Below, in pieces: positions 24,919 to 38,149 of a stretch of DNA of 63,946 bases; position 1 is the stretch's first letter, and each line of letters starts with the position of its first letter. The position numbers were made by a program, and so were the translations under genes. This DNA is from Negaprion brevirostris (taxonomy: Eukaryota): the NCBI GenBank assembly GCA_030324005.1, contig JARDVH010000130.1, positions 12,980,579 through 13,044,524 of the forward strand. The letters run 5' to 3'. The notes below the pieces were generated by a model. That model searched no databases. It had not been told where the DNA came from and was given only the letters and a program-made list of their open reading frames with translations.

Positions 24919-26614
24919 TGGTAGAAATAGGGGATTTGGAGGTGTATTTATAGCCCAATTTGTGAGGTAATGAAGGATTGGCATTAAAACTGATGCCTTG
25001 TGAAGTTGTTTTGTCTATTATTGCTTATACTGGAGGAGGTCTAGTCAAGTGAGACTTGAGAAAATGGCCTTAAAGAGGCTTTTCAAGATAGATGGGGGCA
25101 TAAAAAGTTGAAGAGATTTGAAGTAAATATTTCTGGAGATATAGCCACAGTAATGTAAAATACTGTGGAGGGAGTAGTGAATGATCAGTAACCTAGTGTG
25201 ATAGGAATACAAATGACCACTCAGTTAAGTTACTGTGATTCTGTGGAGAAACTTGAGAAGGAGGATCCTGAAGTCTGTTAGCTGTGTCAAAGGGCACCAA
25301 TGAAGATTGAAAGTGTTCTCTTCATTAAGGAGAGAATACAGAATGCCATGACATTTTCCATAGGTTGAGTTTGTGAAAAGTGATGTTGGAGTGGATGTGC
25401 AGTGCTGCCCTGAAAAAGTTAATGAAGTGGATGATAGTTAATGCATTGGTTAAAAAGTGGTCATGTGTAATGGACAATGCTCTAAATGTGCAAGAAAATG
25501 ATTTTAGGAAATAGTCATATTGCAGTGTAGGAAGATCAGTTTGTGGTTAACTCAGGACACTAAAGTTCATCATTGTCTACACTGATAAAGGAGCATGTGG
25601 AAAGGGAATGGAGACCACATCAGCAGACTAGAGGTTGCCTTTAGTATTACTGGTCAAAGCAAATATAAGCATTGCTTTGAAGTTAGTAGCGTAGGAATGT
25701 GAACAAGCTGCAGTCATCAGCTGGTGGGGAATGAAATAACATTTAGCCATGGACACATGACAACTAGCTAGGATCACAATTGTAAGTGTTTTGATGCCTA
25801 TGACAAGCTGTAGCTATTTAAGAACAGGTGAAGTTTCAATATGGGGTATCAATTGACATAGTCTGGCTAAAAGTGAAAGCCAAGAGTAAACTCCTTGGTC
25901 AAAAGCCCAGCAAAAAAAAAACTGAATAAATAGATACATATTAACAAGATGCCAATTTTCTCAATGAAATGATAAGAATCTCTATACAACATTTAGATAT
26001 GAAGTAAGTCAAATTTAGAAGAGAAGGTACCAGCAAATAATGGTAATCCCTAGTGGCAATGAAAGCATATACACAATTTGAACAGCATGAGAAATGGAGA
26101 AAATAAACACTATGCAACACTGTTTCATGAATTGTGAGATTTCATGTACTCTCCAATCTCTCAATATACATAGTAATTTTGTGAAGTGTAGACAAAGTAA
26201 TATGAGTAAAGCAAAGAGAGACTAATGCAAAATAGATCCTGTCATCATTTTACTAGTTTTGTAACATCATGAGGGTGGGCAATTTTCCACATAAAGTGAC
26301 AGTGGAAATTGGGGGTACACATTTGAATGAGGCAACACTGATGCACTGGCATGATAGGAGTGAAATTGGTCTAAGCTATCAGGTATAAAATACACTTGTA
26401 GCAAGCAAATTGCTGGTTGATTTTTCATGTGCTATTTTCTTTTCCATTGACCTTGGGAAAACTACTGCCTTTGTGTAGCCCACACTGATATGAATGGTGC
26501 TGTGCCTTTGTCATAATGGAGGCTTAGATGCCCATTCAGCTCCTAAAGTATGGGCATAACCCCATCAAAACCCCCAACTCTTGTTGGAAAGTAAATTGAC
26601 CTTGAAGACTCAGA

Positions 26615-26925
26615 TTCATAGAATCTTACAGTGCAGAAGGAGGCCATTCAGCTCATCAAGTCTGCACCAACCACATTCCACTGGGCCCTATCCCCATAAA
26701 TTTACCCTAGCTAGCCCCCTAACTTTAACGGGTAATTTAGCATAGCCAATCCACCTAACCCACACATCTTTAGACTGTGGGAGGAAACCAGAGCATCCGA
26801 AGGAAACCCATGCAGACACGGGGAGAATATGCAATCTCCACACACAGTGATTCAAGCTGGGAATTGAATGCAGGTTCCCTGGAGCTGTGAGACAGCAGTG
26901 CTAACCACTGTGCCACTGCACCATG
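26615..26925 (-). mobile_element. tRNA-derived SINE
   Basis: catagaatc...cagtgcagaaggaggccattc tail through gacagcagtgctaaccactgtgcc head. Confidence 0.9.
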
Positions 26926-27479
26926 CCATCCTGCTTTTTACACCATATGAGAGCTTAATAACTCACCTGAAATGGCCAGGCTGTAAATGTTCATGCTTTT
27001 CAGTCTGTCAATTGTGAGACTGAGTTAGTGTTCCTAACCATGGACAGCCTGTCATGAGGAATGCTAACCACTGGAGCTAACTTGATTATTAGAGAGGTGA
27101 AACCATGTCTCACTGATAAACAACTGGCACCTGAACAGTGGTTATTTGGATGTGGATTCAGTTCAGAGCCCCCGTAGGCTTTTCCAGGCTCCAAACGCAT
27201 CACTGGAATAGATCTCCTCGGTGATGGGTTATTGCCCGAGGATCTTATTCCCCAGGGAGGAATATTCGATAGAGGATTATTTGCAGTGGAATAGTCAAGT
27301 ATGTTAGGTGCTTCAACAGGCTTAGATTTATATTGGCTAATAGGACATGCTTACTCAACAATTATTGGCATTATGACCAGCATTTCGCTGATGGACTGAC
27401 TTACGAATTGGGAAATGGTTTTTAACCAGTAGAATCAGGAAACACGCCAGTTCAGAGTCAATTGAAGAAATAGTTTTAA

Positions 27480-27765
27480 AGATTATTCATTAGTAGGCTT
27501 ACATTAACACGTCAATGAAGTTACTGTGAAAATCCCCCTAGTCGCCACACTCTGGCACCTGTTTGGGTACACTGAGGGAGAATTTGGCATGGCCAATGCA
27601 CCTAACTACTAAAACCTTTGGACTGTGGGAAGAAACTGGGGCACGCAAAGGAAACCAACACAGACAGGGAGAATGCACAAACTCTGCACAGAAACCCAAG
27701 CACGGAATTGAACCTGGGTCCCTTTACACTGTGAGGAAGCAGTGCTAATAACTGTGCCATTGTGT
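27480..27765 (-). mobile_element. tRNA-derived SINE
   Basis: gtaggcttacattaacac tail; gaagcagtgctaataactgtgcc head. Confidence 0.85.
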
Positions 27766-29279
27766 CACCCAATACCAGTGGCATGGCATGATTAATGGAA
27801 AAATACCACCTCAGATGTATCAGGAAAAAGATCTTGAGGTAACGATAAATGTCAAGTTTGTGTGCAACTATCAAAAACTGATAGAAAATGGGATGTGTTT
27901 CAGATCAAAGGAAGAAGTTCTATTGCCACCTCAATCATTGGTGAGATCACTGGTCAGAACACCTGGGAGGATTCTGAAGTTCAAGAATTGATAATGCAGC
28001 AAGGGTGTCTTTCAGCAAAATTTTCCGTATGCTGGGATATTGAGGAAGGGGGTGGAGGTGAGGGATAGCACTATCCCAAATGATAGTAGTATTGTCATGC
28101 ACACTCAAAGTCAAAGTTAATAATCCTGGGGAATATTTCAGAAAATTATAAAAGACTGTTCCATCTCAATGATGCTATCCCTGTAAAATTCACCTGGAGG
28201 CCCTTAACAGCATTGAATGCCAGGTATCCTTTGCGATTAGTGCTATAGGACACAAATGGCAGAAAATGTACATCAGAAACTTCCTACATTTGCATGTCAT
28301 CATTACATGTGCATACATATTATTATATGATTGTGCACAAATCAGCCAGAGATTTTAACAGGATCCATCCTGAAATTCCACCCATTGCCCAAATAATGAT
28401 CTTATCTCGCCCTTCAATTGTGGTGCCTGATATAAATCACCTTTTGCTCAAGCACCGGTCAATACCAACATAGAAGCAATATCTGCGCTCTCTCTGCCCT
28501 CAGGCCTCAGGAGAAGGTGATTTCTTTCAGATAATATGTCATCTTGAAAGGAAGGACAAGGCATTAAAAAGGTGCTGGTACTTTAGCTACACGTAATATC
28601 ATTTTCACATTTTCACTATTCTGTTAGAGCAATGTGCTTTACATTTTATGGGGTTTGGCGTCTGAGATTTTGGTTGAATTTCATGTGCAGCCTGTTCTGA
28701 AATGAAAAGTAATGGACGGCAATAATGTTCTTGACCTCTTCAATTGATTCAACTCCAGCTTTGACTAGTGTACTTCAAAACTGACGTACTTCCTTGGTTC
28801 TTTTCAGTCTAGGGTGGCTTAAACCATTGGCAATATTCACCACTACTGCATTTCCTTGCTTGTATTTCATTGCCAGAGTGTAATTCTACAGACATAATAG
28901 ATTTTCTCTGCAGATTTTTGGGTGCCAGTCAGAATAATTGCTTATAAAATGTCCTCCATGGGATTCTGGACAGTCCAAATTCCAACTCCTTTTCCATGTG
29001 CATATTGCTCAAATCATGCACATTCACGCACTGACATTTGCAGTTCAGATACAGCTTTAAGAGATACAAAATAAGATCATTTGCCTATTGCAAAATCAAG
29101 CCTAAATCATGCCAATCACCTTGGCAACCACACCAACTGATATGCTGCCATGTAAATTTCCTTTACAGACGAGTCTACCCATTTGGGATGAATTTGGTAC
29201 TTATTGTCCAGATGAAGCATTTACCCACATTGCTCAATATCATTCAAAGTATATTCTGATGGATCAAAAATCTTATTAC

Positions 29280-29560
29280 ATAGAATTATAGAATTCCTGC
29301 AGTGTACAAAGAGGCCATTAGGTTCATTGAGTATACACCAACACCCCAGAAGAGGGGCAATCCAGATTCTCCTCTCTGCCCCATCTTGCAAACCCATACA
29401 TTTATCATGGCTCTTCTCTGCAACCTACACATCTTTGGACATTAAGGGGCAATTTAGCATGGCCAATCTGCCTAACCTACACATCTTCAGATTGTGGGAG
29501 GAAATTGGAGCACCTGGAGGAAACCAATGAAGACACAGGGAGAACATACAAACTCCTAAA
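29280..29560 (-). mobile_element. tRNA-derived SINE, 5'-truncated
   Basis: atagaattcctgcagtg tail, gcaatttagcatggccaatc core. Confidence 0.8.
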
Positions 29561-29799
29561 AGATATCTGTGTCTCTCTTGTTGTTCACCACTGTGCAACA
29601 ACTCCATGGTATTTTCAATTGTGTGAACTTTCAGTCCTTATCAGTTACTCTTAGTGCTTCCTCAGTGACAGTGCATCTTGGAGGGACCGGGGTAGCCATT
29701 GTCCAAGGGGGACTGAGGCACTTGAGGGAGGCTGGACCTCCTGTGCTAATAATAAGTCTGCCTGGTCCTTGCTGTTTTCCCAAGTATGTCAGTGTCATA

Positions 29800-29904
29800 G
29801 GCCAGAATCTTACTGGCACTGTGAGGCTCGGAGAACAGCATTCTCCATTGGCCTTGAGCGGGATCGTACGAAACTCGGATAGATGTGCCGGCAAAATTCC
29901 ACCC
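29800..29904. mobile_element. 105-bp Harbinger-like MITE
   Basis: Imperfect 20-bp TIRs (14/20) ggccagaatcttactggcac / gtgccggcaaaattccaccc; TSD ATA at 29797-29799 and 29905-29907. Confidence 0.7.
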
Positions 29905-30595
29905 ATAGTCATTTAAGGTGTAGAAGGAGGCCTTTCAGAATATCCTTCCACACGCTGGGATATTGGGGGAGGAGGCTGGAGGTGAGGGAATTCACTTGAA
30001 GCACTATCCCAAATGATAGCATTGTCATACACACTCAGGCCAGCCAGACCACCAGTACTAGATTCGAAATCTGGTTGGTCGTTGATCAACAATCGAGCAA
30101 ATCACTGAAAATTTCAGAGATAGCCTATCCATAGTAACAATCGCAGTTACCATGCCAGAATCTAAGGCTTCACTTAGATCTTCTGTTAGAAGAAGCGCGG
30201 TTGTGAAATTTTGTTCAAGCAAGTATGTGCCTCATGACTAACTGCACCACCATGGTGTCTCAGATGTGAATGGGGGGGCTCCTCCAGCTAAGCCACTATC
30301 CTGTGAAGTTGTCTTCACTGCCTGCTTAATTCTCTGCAGGCATTCTTCTCATAAATGTCGACCTTTGGAGACCTGGAACCTGAGGCTACCCAGCTGAGGA
30401 TATCTATTTCCTGTCCCTTCAGAGAGCAATACATTTCCACTTCATTTCTTCCTGATCACCCACAATTTGCCTGTTTTTATTATGTGAAATTCTTTCCGTC
30501 CAAGTAGCACTCCCTCTTCCTGGAGGACCCAACCATCTCCCAGCCTCCACCACAATCTCCCCCACCGCCCCACCCATCCACCCTCATAACGAAGA

Positions 30596-30640
30596 CAAAG
30601 CTCTGATGAAGAGTCATCCATACTCGAAATATTAGCTCTG
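30596..30640 (+). ncRNA. Minimal type-I hammerhead ribozyme motif with intact core, in a Penelope 3' fragment (to ~30697)
   Basis: caaagct CTGATGA a gagt catccat actc GAAATAT T agctctg, followed by the Penelope-type end ctccacggatgc..gacctgctgag..tccagcattttctgttttt. Confidence 0.7.
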
Positions 30641-31504
30641 TTCTCTCTCCACGGATGCCTTCAGACCTGCTGAGACTTCCAGCATTTTCTGTTTTTCTCT
30701 AGGGCTTCCCATATGGCGAGTCCCCTGCCCACCACTGAGTGAATGTCAGTAATGGTGGGATGAATTCCTTAAATGGACATTAATTGTCCACCTTCAGGGC
30801 CTCAGGGGTGAGAAGGCTGACCATGTGCTTTACCGTCATGGACTTAATCAGTGCAACAGCAGGAAGGTGGATGGTTCCCATACTCTACTTGCCCGTCAAC
30901 TAAATTGCCCTCCCACCACCAAAGCTACCACAGGAGAGGGTGTTAAATGACCTCCACTGAAACACTGCCCCAAATCACTGATGCTGGAAACAGCTTTTAC
31001 ATCCATTTAAATGCTGCAGCAGCGGTGGATTTCTCTTCCCTATGCTCTGTTTTTAATTTCCATTTGGTGGAAAGCCAATAATAAAAAATTACAGAACAAT
31101 CCATCTTTTACTTTTGCAATGCAAGCTAATTTTAATGATATAAAGAGTTGGTGTGTGATCCATTATCAGAAATGGTGAGTGCAGACCCTACATAAAAAAC
31201 ACAATCTGAAACTTCGCTGCATTTGTCCCATTGCAAAATGATCAGTGCTTTGGAAGGATATTCTTGTGCATACCATCTTCATATTCTTCTCAATAGAAGA
31301 TAAACTCTGTCCTTTATTTCACCTAATAAAATTCTACTCTTATTTTTACATAAGACAAGAAGAAATTAAGTTTTAGTTGTAGCTCAATTCCTGTTACTTT
31401 GTTGTACTCCAAGGAACAGAATATGTGCGTTGAAAATACCATTCCATTCTACAGAAGATTCAAAATTGCAGAAAGATCATAGCACTAAGCACACAAACTA
31501 GTTA

Positions 31505-31800
31505 ATTAAGTTTATTTATTAGTGTCACAAGTAGATTTACATTACCAGTGCAGTGAAGTTACTATGAAAATCCCATAGTCAAAACACTCCAACGGCTGTT
31601 CAGTTACACTGAGGAACAGTTTAGCATGGCTAGTCCACCTAACCAGCATGTCTTTAGGACAATGGGAGGAAATCAGAGCACCCAAAGAAAGCCCACACAG
31701 ACATGAGGAGAATGTGCAGACTCCACACAGACAGTGACCCAAGGCTTGAATTGAACCCAGATTCCTGGCGCTGTGAGGTAGCAGTGTGAACCACTGTGCC
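31505..31800 (-). mobile_element. tRNA-derived SINE
   Basis: aagtttatttattagtgtcacaagt tail; ctggcgctgtgaggtagcagtg head. Confidence 0.9.
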
Positions 31801-32834
31801 TTATTTGGAAGGTAGCCTAATGTCACAATATTCAGCAATATATTATCATAAATGAAATCCAGGAACTGCATTTGGTTACTGATTCATTAGTTTGGTGTAA
31901 AGGTTTATGCCTGTTGAGAGTGTGGGGGAAAGCCTTGAAGGTTTTCTTCCTAATCTAAATGTTCACTGTCGTAGACAAAAAGAGCGATGCAAACAAATGA
32001 CAACTTTTCTTAAAAACAAACTTTGACTTGAAAATTCTTCTGTCTCTTTCACCTATTTATGTTTTTTTAAAATCTGGGGCTTCAATTATCTCCCATTAAA
32101 ATTATAGTAAATGGTGAGAAGAAATAATCCGGACTTGTTTTGACCCATGGATTGCATTACTTTCCTTTCTAACTCCTCTCCTATCACCAGAGAACCTTGC
32201 AGCATATTCTGTCTGCCAATGCGACATAATTTACTTTTCTTGCTCAAACTCTATTCCACAGTTGCAACACGTGCCCTGGCCAGAATACACAATGCCTTTA
32301 AAAGACATAGACTGATTTGAAGATGTGCAGGCCAGCTTGATGTAGCACTTGCATTACACAAACTTTTGTCCTCTGCTGANNNNNNNNNNNNNNNNNNNNN
32401 NNNNNNNNNNNNNNAACTATCATGCGATTTTTAACAGGTAGCAATCACAAAGTTGGCATCCTGCCTGCAGCAGGGGCAGAGAGCACAGATTCATTATATA
32501 TTCCGAATCCTGCATCCCTTTGGGCAGGACGAAGGGGGGAGGGGAGGTGTAGGGGATTGGGAGTGAGCATGTGCTGTTTTCTAAAACACCCATCTATGTT
32601 TTGTGACTGGATTACTTCAGTAAACAAACTATCAGAGCAGTTTATATCCATTCTTTATTTTGTTAGTATTTACTGGATTATTAATAGTGATAAATCAAAA
32701 TGTTTATCACTCATGTCAAAATTATTGCACTTTTTCTGCATTGCTGTTGAAATCCAGCTCTTTATTATTACATCAGCTTCACTTAATGCTATGTTTGCTG
32801 ATGTCTTGTTTCACCTTCCACANNNNNNNNNNAC

Positions 32835-33200
32835 AGCTCCAGAATGAAATACCTCACATATTCTACTGGACTAATGCCAACACCTGTATCATCTTTGTCC
32901 TTGCCAAGCTCCACTGATTCAAGTTGGCTCTAAAGTTCTCATTCTCACCTTCAAAATCTCTCATGGTCCCACCTCAGGTGCCATCCCCTGGTGTATTGCC
33001 CAGTCCTCCCACTGGTCTGTCTAAGCTTTACTCTTTAACCCTTCTCCTCCACAACTGGTGACAACTCATCCACCTACTGTCTGGAACTTTTGCCATCAAT
33101 GCCTCTATTGCATCACTTCCCTTTCTCCTTTCAAAAGCACCTGAAAAATGTCTCATTGTGTTGCCACTTTCCCTTCCTGGTCCTCTGTTTATTTGTCGCT
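32835..33200 (+). mobile_element. L2-like LINE 3' fragment, old
   Basis: ctccagaat..., ctccactga..., tctcaccttcaaaatctctcatgg, ctcctttcaaaagcacctgaaaa pattern typical of L2 3' ends. Confidence 0.5.
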
Positions 33201-33721
33201 ATTTTGTGTCCAATGCCCTGCAAAGTTCAGAGCTATCTCCCTTGTACACCAGGAAATATAAAAACTGAACCTGTAAACTCTTCTTTATTTGCCTCTGAAG
33301 TGAACAAATGCTGACATTTAAGTATGCACATTTGTACACTCGGTCACCAACTATATTATTTTGCTTTGCCTCTCCATCATGCAGCATTTCCAGAAATTGA
33401 CAATAAATGATTTAAAGTTTATTTATTTGTCACAAGTAGGCTTATATTAACACTGCAATGAAGTTACTGTAGAAATCCCTGTGGTCCTTTTTAATAAAAA
33501 TAGTCACTACAAGCGTTTTCAGTCTAAGTCTGAAGATTATTGCTAATTTGATTGAGGACAGAATCAAAACAGTTTAGAATACTTCTTGAGTTCAGCCAGA
33601 ATGTCATCTCCATAGAGGGGACACAACAAAGTAGTGCTACATTAACGGAGTTTACAATAATGTGCTTTTTATTTGCTTGTAATTAGCTATTTATTTGATT
33701 TTTATTCCCTGTCTTCTAGGG

Positions 33722-34087
33722 ATACAGTAGCATTGCAGTAACATTACTGGACTAGTAATCCAACCATCTTGATCAATGCTGCAGAGAGGTGTTCACATTC
33801 CACCACAGGGACTGGAGGAATTTCAATTCAATTAATTAATACAGCTGGAAATTGATAAATTAATAATGATCGTGAAACTAGCGGGAGGAAATATGTCACT
33901 ACCCGGTTTGACCTACACCAGACCTTCACCAATCTGGTTAACTTGTAAATGCCCTCCGAAATGGCCTAGCAAGCCACTCAGTCGTAGTTGGCTCACCAGC
34001 ACTTACTCAAGGGCAGTTGCGCTTGGGTAATAAATGCAGGCCTTGCTCACAATGTTCATCTACAGAGAATGAATAAAAGAAAAAAAG
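33722..34087 (+). mobile_element. SINE: tRNA-like head, body, LINE-type tail
   Basis: actggactagtaatcca hairpin and gttcacattcc B-box-like motif; tail ctcaagggcagt...aataaatgc...gaatgaataaaa. Confidence 0.75.
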
Positions 34088-34140
34088 ATGCCAGATGGAC
34101 AACTTGTCGACAATTTTCAGGAGGTTACAGGCCCTACCCA

Positions 34141-34478
34141 GGTGGCACGGTAGCACAGTGATTAGCACTGCTGCCTCATAGTGCTAGGGATCCAGGTTCA
34201 ATTCTGGATTTGGGTGGCCGTCTGTGTGGAGTTTTCACACTCTCCCTGAGTCTGTATGGGTTTCCTCCGGGTGCTCCGGTTTCCCCCCGCAGTCCAGAGA
34301 TGTCCAGAAGTGGATGAGCCATGCTAAGTGAGTAGCTTGGTGTCCCAAGATGTATAGGTTTGGAGAATTTGTGGGGTTACGGGGATAGGGTCTGAGAAAG
34401 ATGCCCTGTCAGAGAGTCGGTGCAGACTTGATGGGCTGAATGACTCCCTTCTGCACTCCAGGGATTCTATTCTATGAT
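34141..34478 (+). mobile_element. tRNA-derived SINE
   Basis: ggtggcacggtagcacagtgattagcactgctgcctc...ggttcaattc; ttctat tail. Confidence 0.9.
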
Positions 34479-34669
34479 TTTACCTAGATGTGACACTCCA
34501 CTTCTCCCTGCTTGATGAGGGTCTGTTGCCATTCAGCAAATCTTTCCTTGACACAATGCACCCAATCAAATGTAAGGCAGACCTGCAGCTGCTTCAGCTC
34601 CCTGGCATTAAACATTAGCATTGAAATGCTCAGTGCCATCTTCTCACCCAGCTCATGATTTTGAGTCCA

Positions 34670-35427
34670 CCTGCAGTGCACTTGGAAAGGACAAACAAGG
34701 CAAGGAAATACATGATGAACGGCTAAGAAGCACTAAAGATCAGAGAGATCTTACTGTGCATGTACATCGGTCCGTTAAGGTAGTAGGACAGACGGACAAA
34801 GTGGTTAAGAAGGCATATGGTACCTTTGCCTTATGGTATCCATGCCGAGGCATGGAGTACAAGATGGTTATGCTGGAACTATATAAACTGTTGGTTAGGC
34901 CACAGTTGGAGTATTGTGTGCAGTTCTGGAATTCACATTAAAGGACGGATGTGATAGCGCTAGAAAGGGTGCAGAGGAGATTTACCAGGATGTTGCTTGG
35001 GCTGGTGAGTTTTAGTTATGAAGAGAGATTGGATAGATTGGGATTGTTTTTCTTTGCGCAGCGCTGACTGAATAATATTGCAAGGGAGATAGATAGGAAG
35101 AATGTTTCCCCTTGGTGGAGGGATCAATGACTCAGAAGCATAGATTTAAGGTAAGGGGTAGGAGGCTTAGAGAGGATGTGAGGGTAAACCTTCCTACCTA
35201 AAGAGTGTGGGAGTCTGGAACTTACTGCCTGAAAGGATGGTGGAGGCAGAGAGCCTCATAATATTTAAGAACTAATTAGATGTGCATTTGTGATGACAAG
35301 GCATACAAGGGTATGGACCAAGTGCTGGGAAATGGGATTAGAGTAACTGAGTGGTTTGTCTTTGACTGGTGCAGATGTGCTCAGCTAAAGGGCTTTTTTC
35401 AGTGTTATATATACTTATGACTCTATG
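34670..35427 (+). mobile_element. CR1 LINE 3' fragment
   Basis: QRDLTVHVHRS...VVKKAYG...MLELYKLLVRPQLEYCVQFW. Confidence 0.9.
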
Positions 35428-37169
35428 CACCGTCAATGAGTGATAATAGTTGCTCATGGATCAGCAAAAAGATAATAAGTAAGCATGGAAGTGTTACAGA
35501 CTGCTCCTCACCCAAGTAGTAAATGTAAGCACATTGCCTGCAGAATAGAGTTTCCCAGTGTAGAGATTAAAGTTTCTGTCAAAACTGTGGAGAAATATAT
35601 GAGAAAAACCAAGACAGGTTTTGTAACAGAGTGATCTGGAGATAGTCTAATGGCAGGTACAAATATGGACTTAATAGTTAGGTTAGTTTCAGTTTTAGTT
35701 TGGTGGTAATTTTATATTTGAGGCTGGCCAACATTAGTGTTTAAAAGATCAAGCCCGAGTAAGTATAAAATTAATTGAAGGAAAGATCAGAATGTTGTAA
35801 AACAATGGGATATAATTCACTAGATTGAAGCATCTTGCACTGTACCTGGCTAGACATTTCTCTGCATTGTTCAGCTCAACAAAATGTTGCTCATTATATT
35901 GCTAGAAATGCAAGCTGATAACAGGACATAAGGGTGACTGGAACTGCTGTGTATCTTCTTAATCAATGGGATTAAGGGACTGAAAATTAAACAGAGGAAA
36001 TATTGAGAAACAGAGTAATTTAAGATGGCAAACTCAATGTCAAATCAGGTACAAAAAGAGAAATAGAGAGAGCGAAAGACAGATTGGTTTGCTGGAGTGG
36101 AAAAAGAGACAGAAAGGAAAAGTAAAAAAATTCTTAACATTGATTTTCTTGAAGAAGTTGCCTACAGCAATTCCCTACCTGTGGAAGAAAAAACTCAACA
36201 CTTTTAGTTCCTCATTTTCTAAGTAAGAAGGATTTATGAGTTATTAACAATAATCACATTGTCAAGAAGGTACTTGTGCTATTAATGACTAGAGTTAACT
36301 TTCTAACGCAAATTAGTGGACAACTAATGAGAAAATGTGGCAACTTCATGAATCTCGCATGAAATTAAAGCCTGTTTTGTGTTGTTGCTAATGGCAGAAT
36401 GGCATAAATCATCCAGAAACTTGTAACAATTCACAAGGCACCTTTCTCACCACATGTTGCTGGATAATTTAAACATTATTAATGGGGTGCATCAGCCACG
36501 TGCCATTATTTCCTTCAGCAGATTCCAGTTCAATACATTCCTGTTAGATTGGCAGTCACCAATTGCATCTATGAATGCGGAGTGATTCAAAAGAATTGGT
36601 TGAGTAAAAGATGTGTCAGGACCCCACAAACCAGAAGGAATTTGCCTGGATTTTACAGCCAATGACAAAGGAATGCTGCTTATCATTTATCCAACTTGCT
36701 GCTGCCCGTGAACATTTTGTGGGCCTTGATTAGCAATTTACAGTTACTAGGGGTCTCTTTTTCTGTGGAGTGGACACTACAGTGGGTCTGGAACCTGTAT
36801 GAGTAGGGCATGCAATGACATGTCTCTTCAATCAATCAAATTGAAAAATTCTTACTGAAATACACAGAGCCTAATCTAGGAAGAGTAAAGTACAACATCC
36901 AATTCATACTCTAGCAATAATTAAATTCTGAAGGAATAAGACTTAATACTTAGTAACTGTTCGGGGTTTGTATTGCAGTAATTAAGACTTATCATACAAC
37001 TTTAAACGAAATCACTTCCAATTGCATTCACCAGCTCTAACCATTCCTAACATGCTGAATAGGCAACTAACAGCTAAGTCCCAAAAGGTAACGTCCTTTA
37101 CATATTTTAACGCTGAATCGAAGGGCAAGGTACCGGTGTAACAAAGCTTGTGGAAGAACAAGGAAAATT

Positions 37170-37456
37170 CATAAGAACATAAGAAATAGGAGCAGGAGTA
37201 GGCCATCTAGCCCTTCGAGCCTGCCCCGCCATTCAATAAGNNNNNNNNNNNNNNNNNNNNNNNNNNNNNNNNNNNNNNNNNNNNNNNNNNNNNNNNNNNN
37301 NNNNNNNNNNNNNNNNNNNNNNNNNNNNNNNNNNNNNNNNGCGGCGACCAAAACTGCACACAGTACTCCAGCTGCGGCCTCACCAATGCCCTATACAGCT
37401 GCAGCAAGACCTCCCTAATTTTATATTCAATCCCCCTCGCTATGAAGGCCAGCATC
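37170..37456 (-). mobile_element. CR1 LINE fragment (young, gapped)
   Basis: MLAFIARGIEYKIREVLLQLYRALVRPQLEYCVQFWSP; cataagaa tail. Confidence 0.9.
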
Positions 37457-38149
37457 AGCTTCCACCTCTTTGCACTTTCTTACATACGTACATACACCAG
37501 AAGTTGCTGTCTTATTTACATCACAATAATGGTGAGCACTGGTGGTCTCACCATTGCTGTCATTGTAAAATCCAATCTTTAACCTGTATTACTTTATTTC
37601 AATTGGCTGATTTGTAAGTGCATTTCATGGGGGTAGGGGCAGAAAGGGATTTACGTGGTGCTAATAGATGCTTTAATGCCTTAATACCAATAAGATATCA
37701 TTACATTCCTGTTTTCATGCAACATGAGCTCATGTCAGCAATTTGAGTATACTGATTTCCATTGACCACACATTGTACAAGCAAGCATCTGCATTTGTAT
37801 TCCCAATGTAAAGTGCTGTTGCAGGAAGCTTTGCACTGACAGCACTAAATCAGAGGCAATGTAGTACTAAACAAATGCAATTAGGCGCAAGATCTTCTGC
37901 AAAGAGCACACGGCATCAAGTTAAGTTTGACCAAATGCATTCTAATTATAATCTAAGATTATGGTTCCATTCCACAGCTGGCACCTTTTGCAATAACACT
38001 GTGGAAGAATGGACATCCACTACATTCATGTGACCACAAGGAAATCATAATAGCTGCTAAACATTGGGCTCTTAACTCATTGGGAATTAACGTGCTCATT
38101 GAATTATTATTTTACCTTTAGTCCTCTATTAAAGTAGTGTCAGATAAGG

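Noticed and set aside
24709-24984. His/Cys/Trp-repeat ORF (TAHCHWLH..GQLI) resembling a metal-binding peptide
   Set aside because: A consequence of the 48-bp unit being a multiple of 3; several frames are open and there is no other coding evidence.
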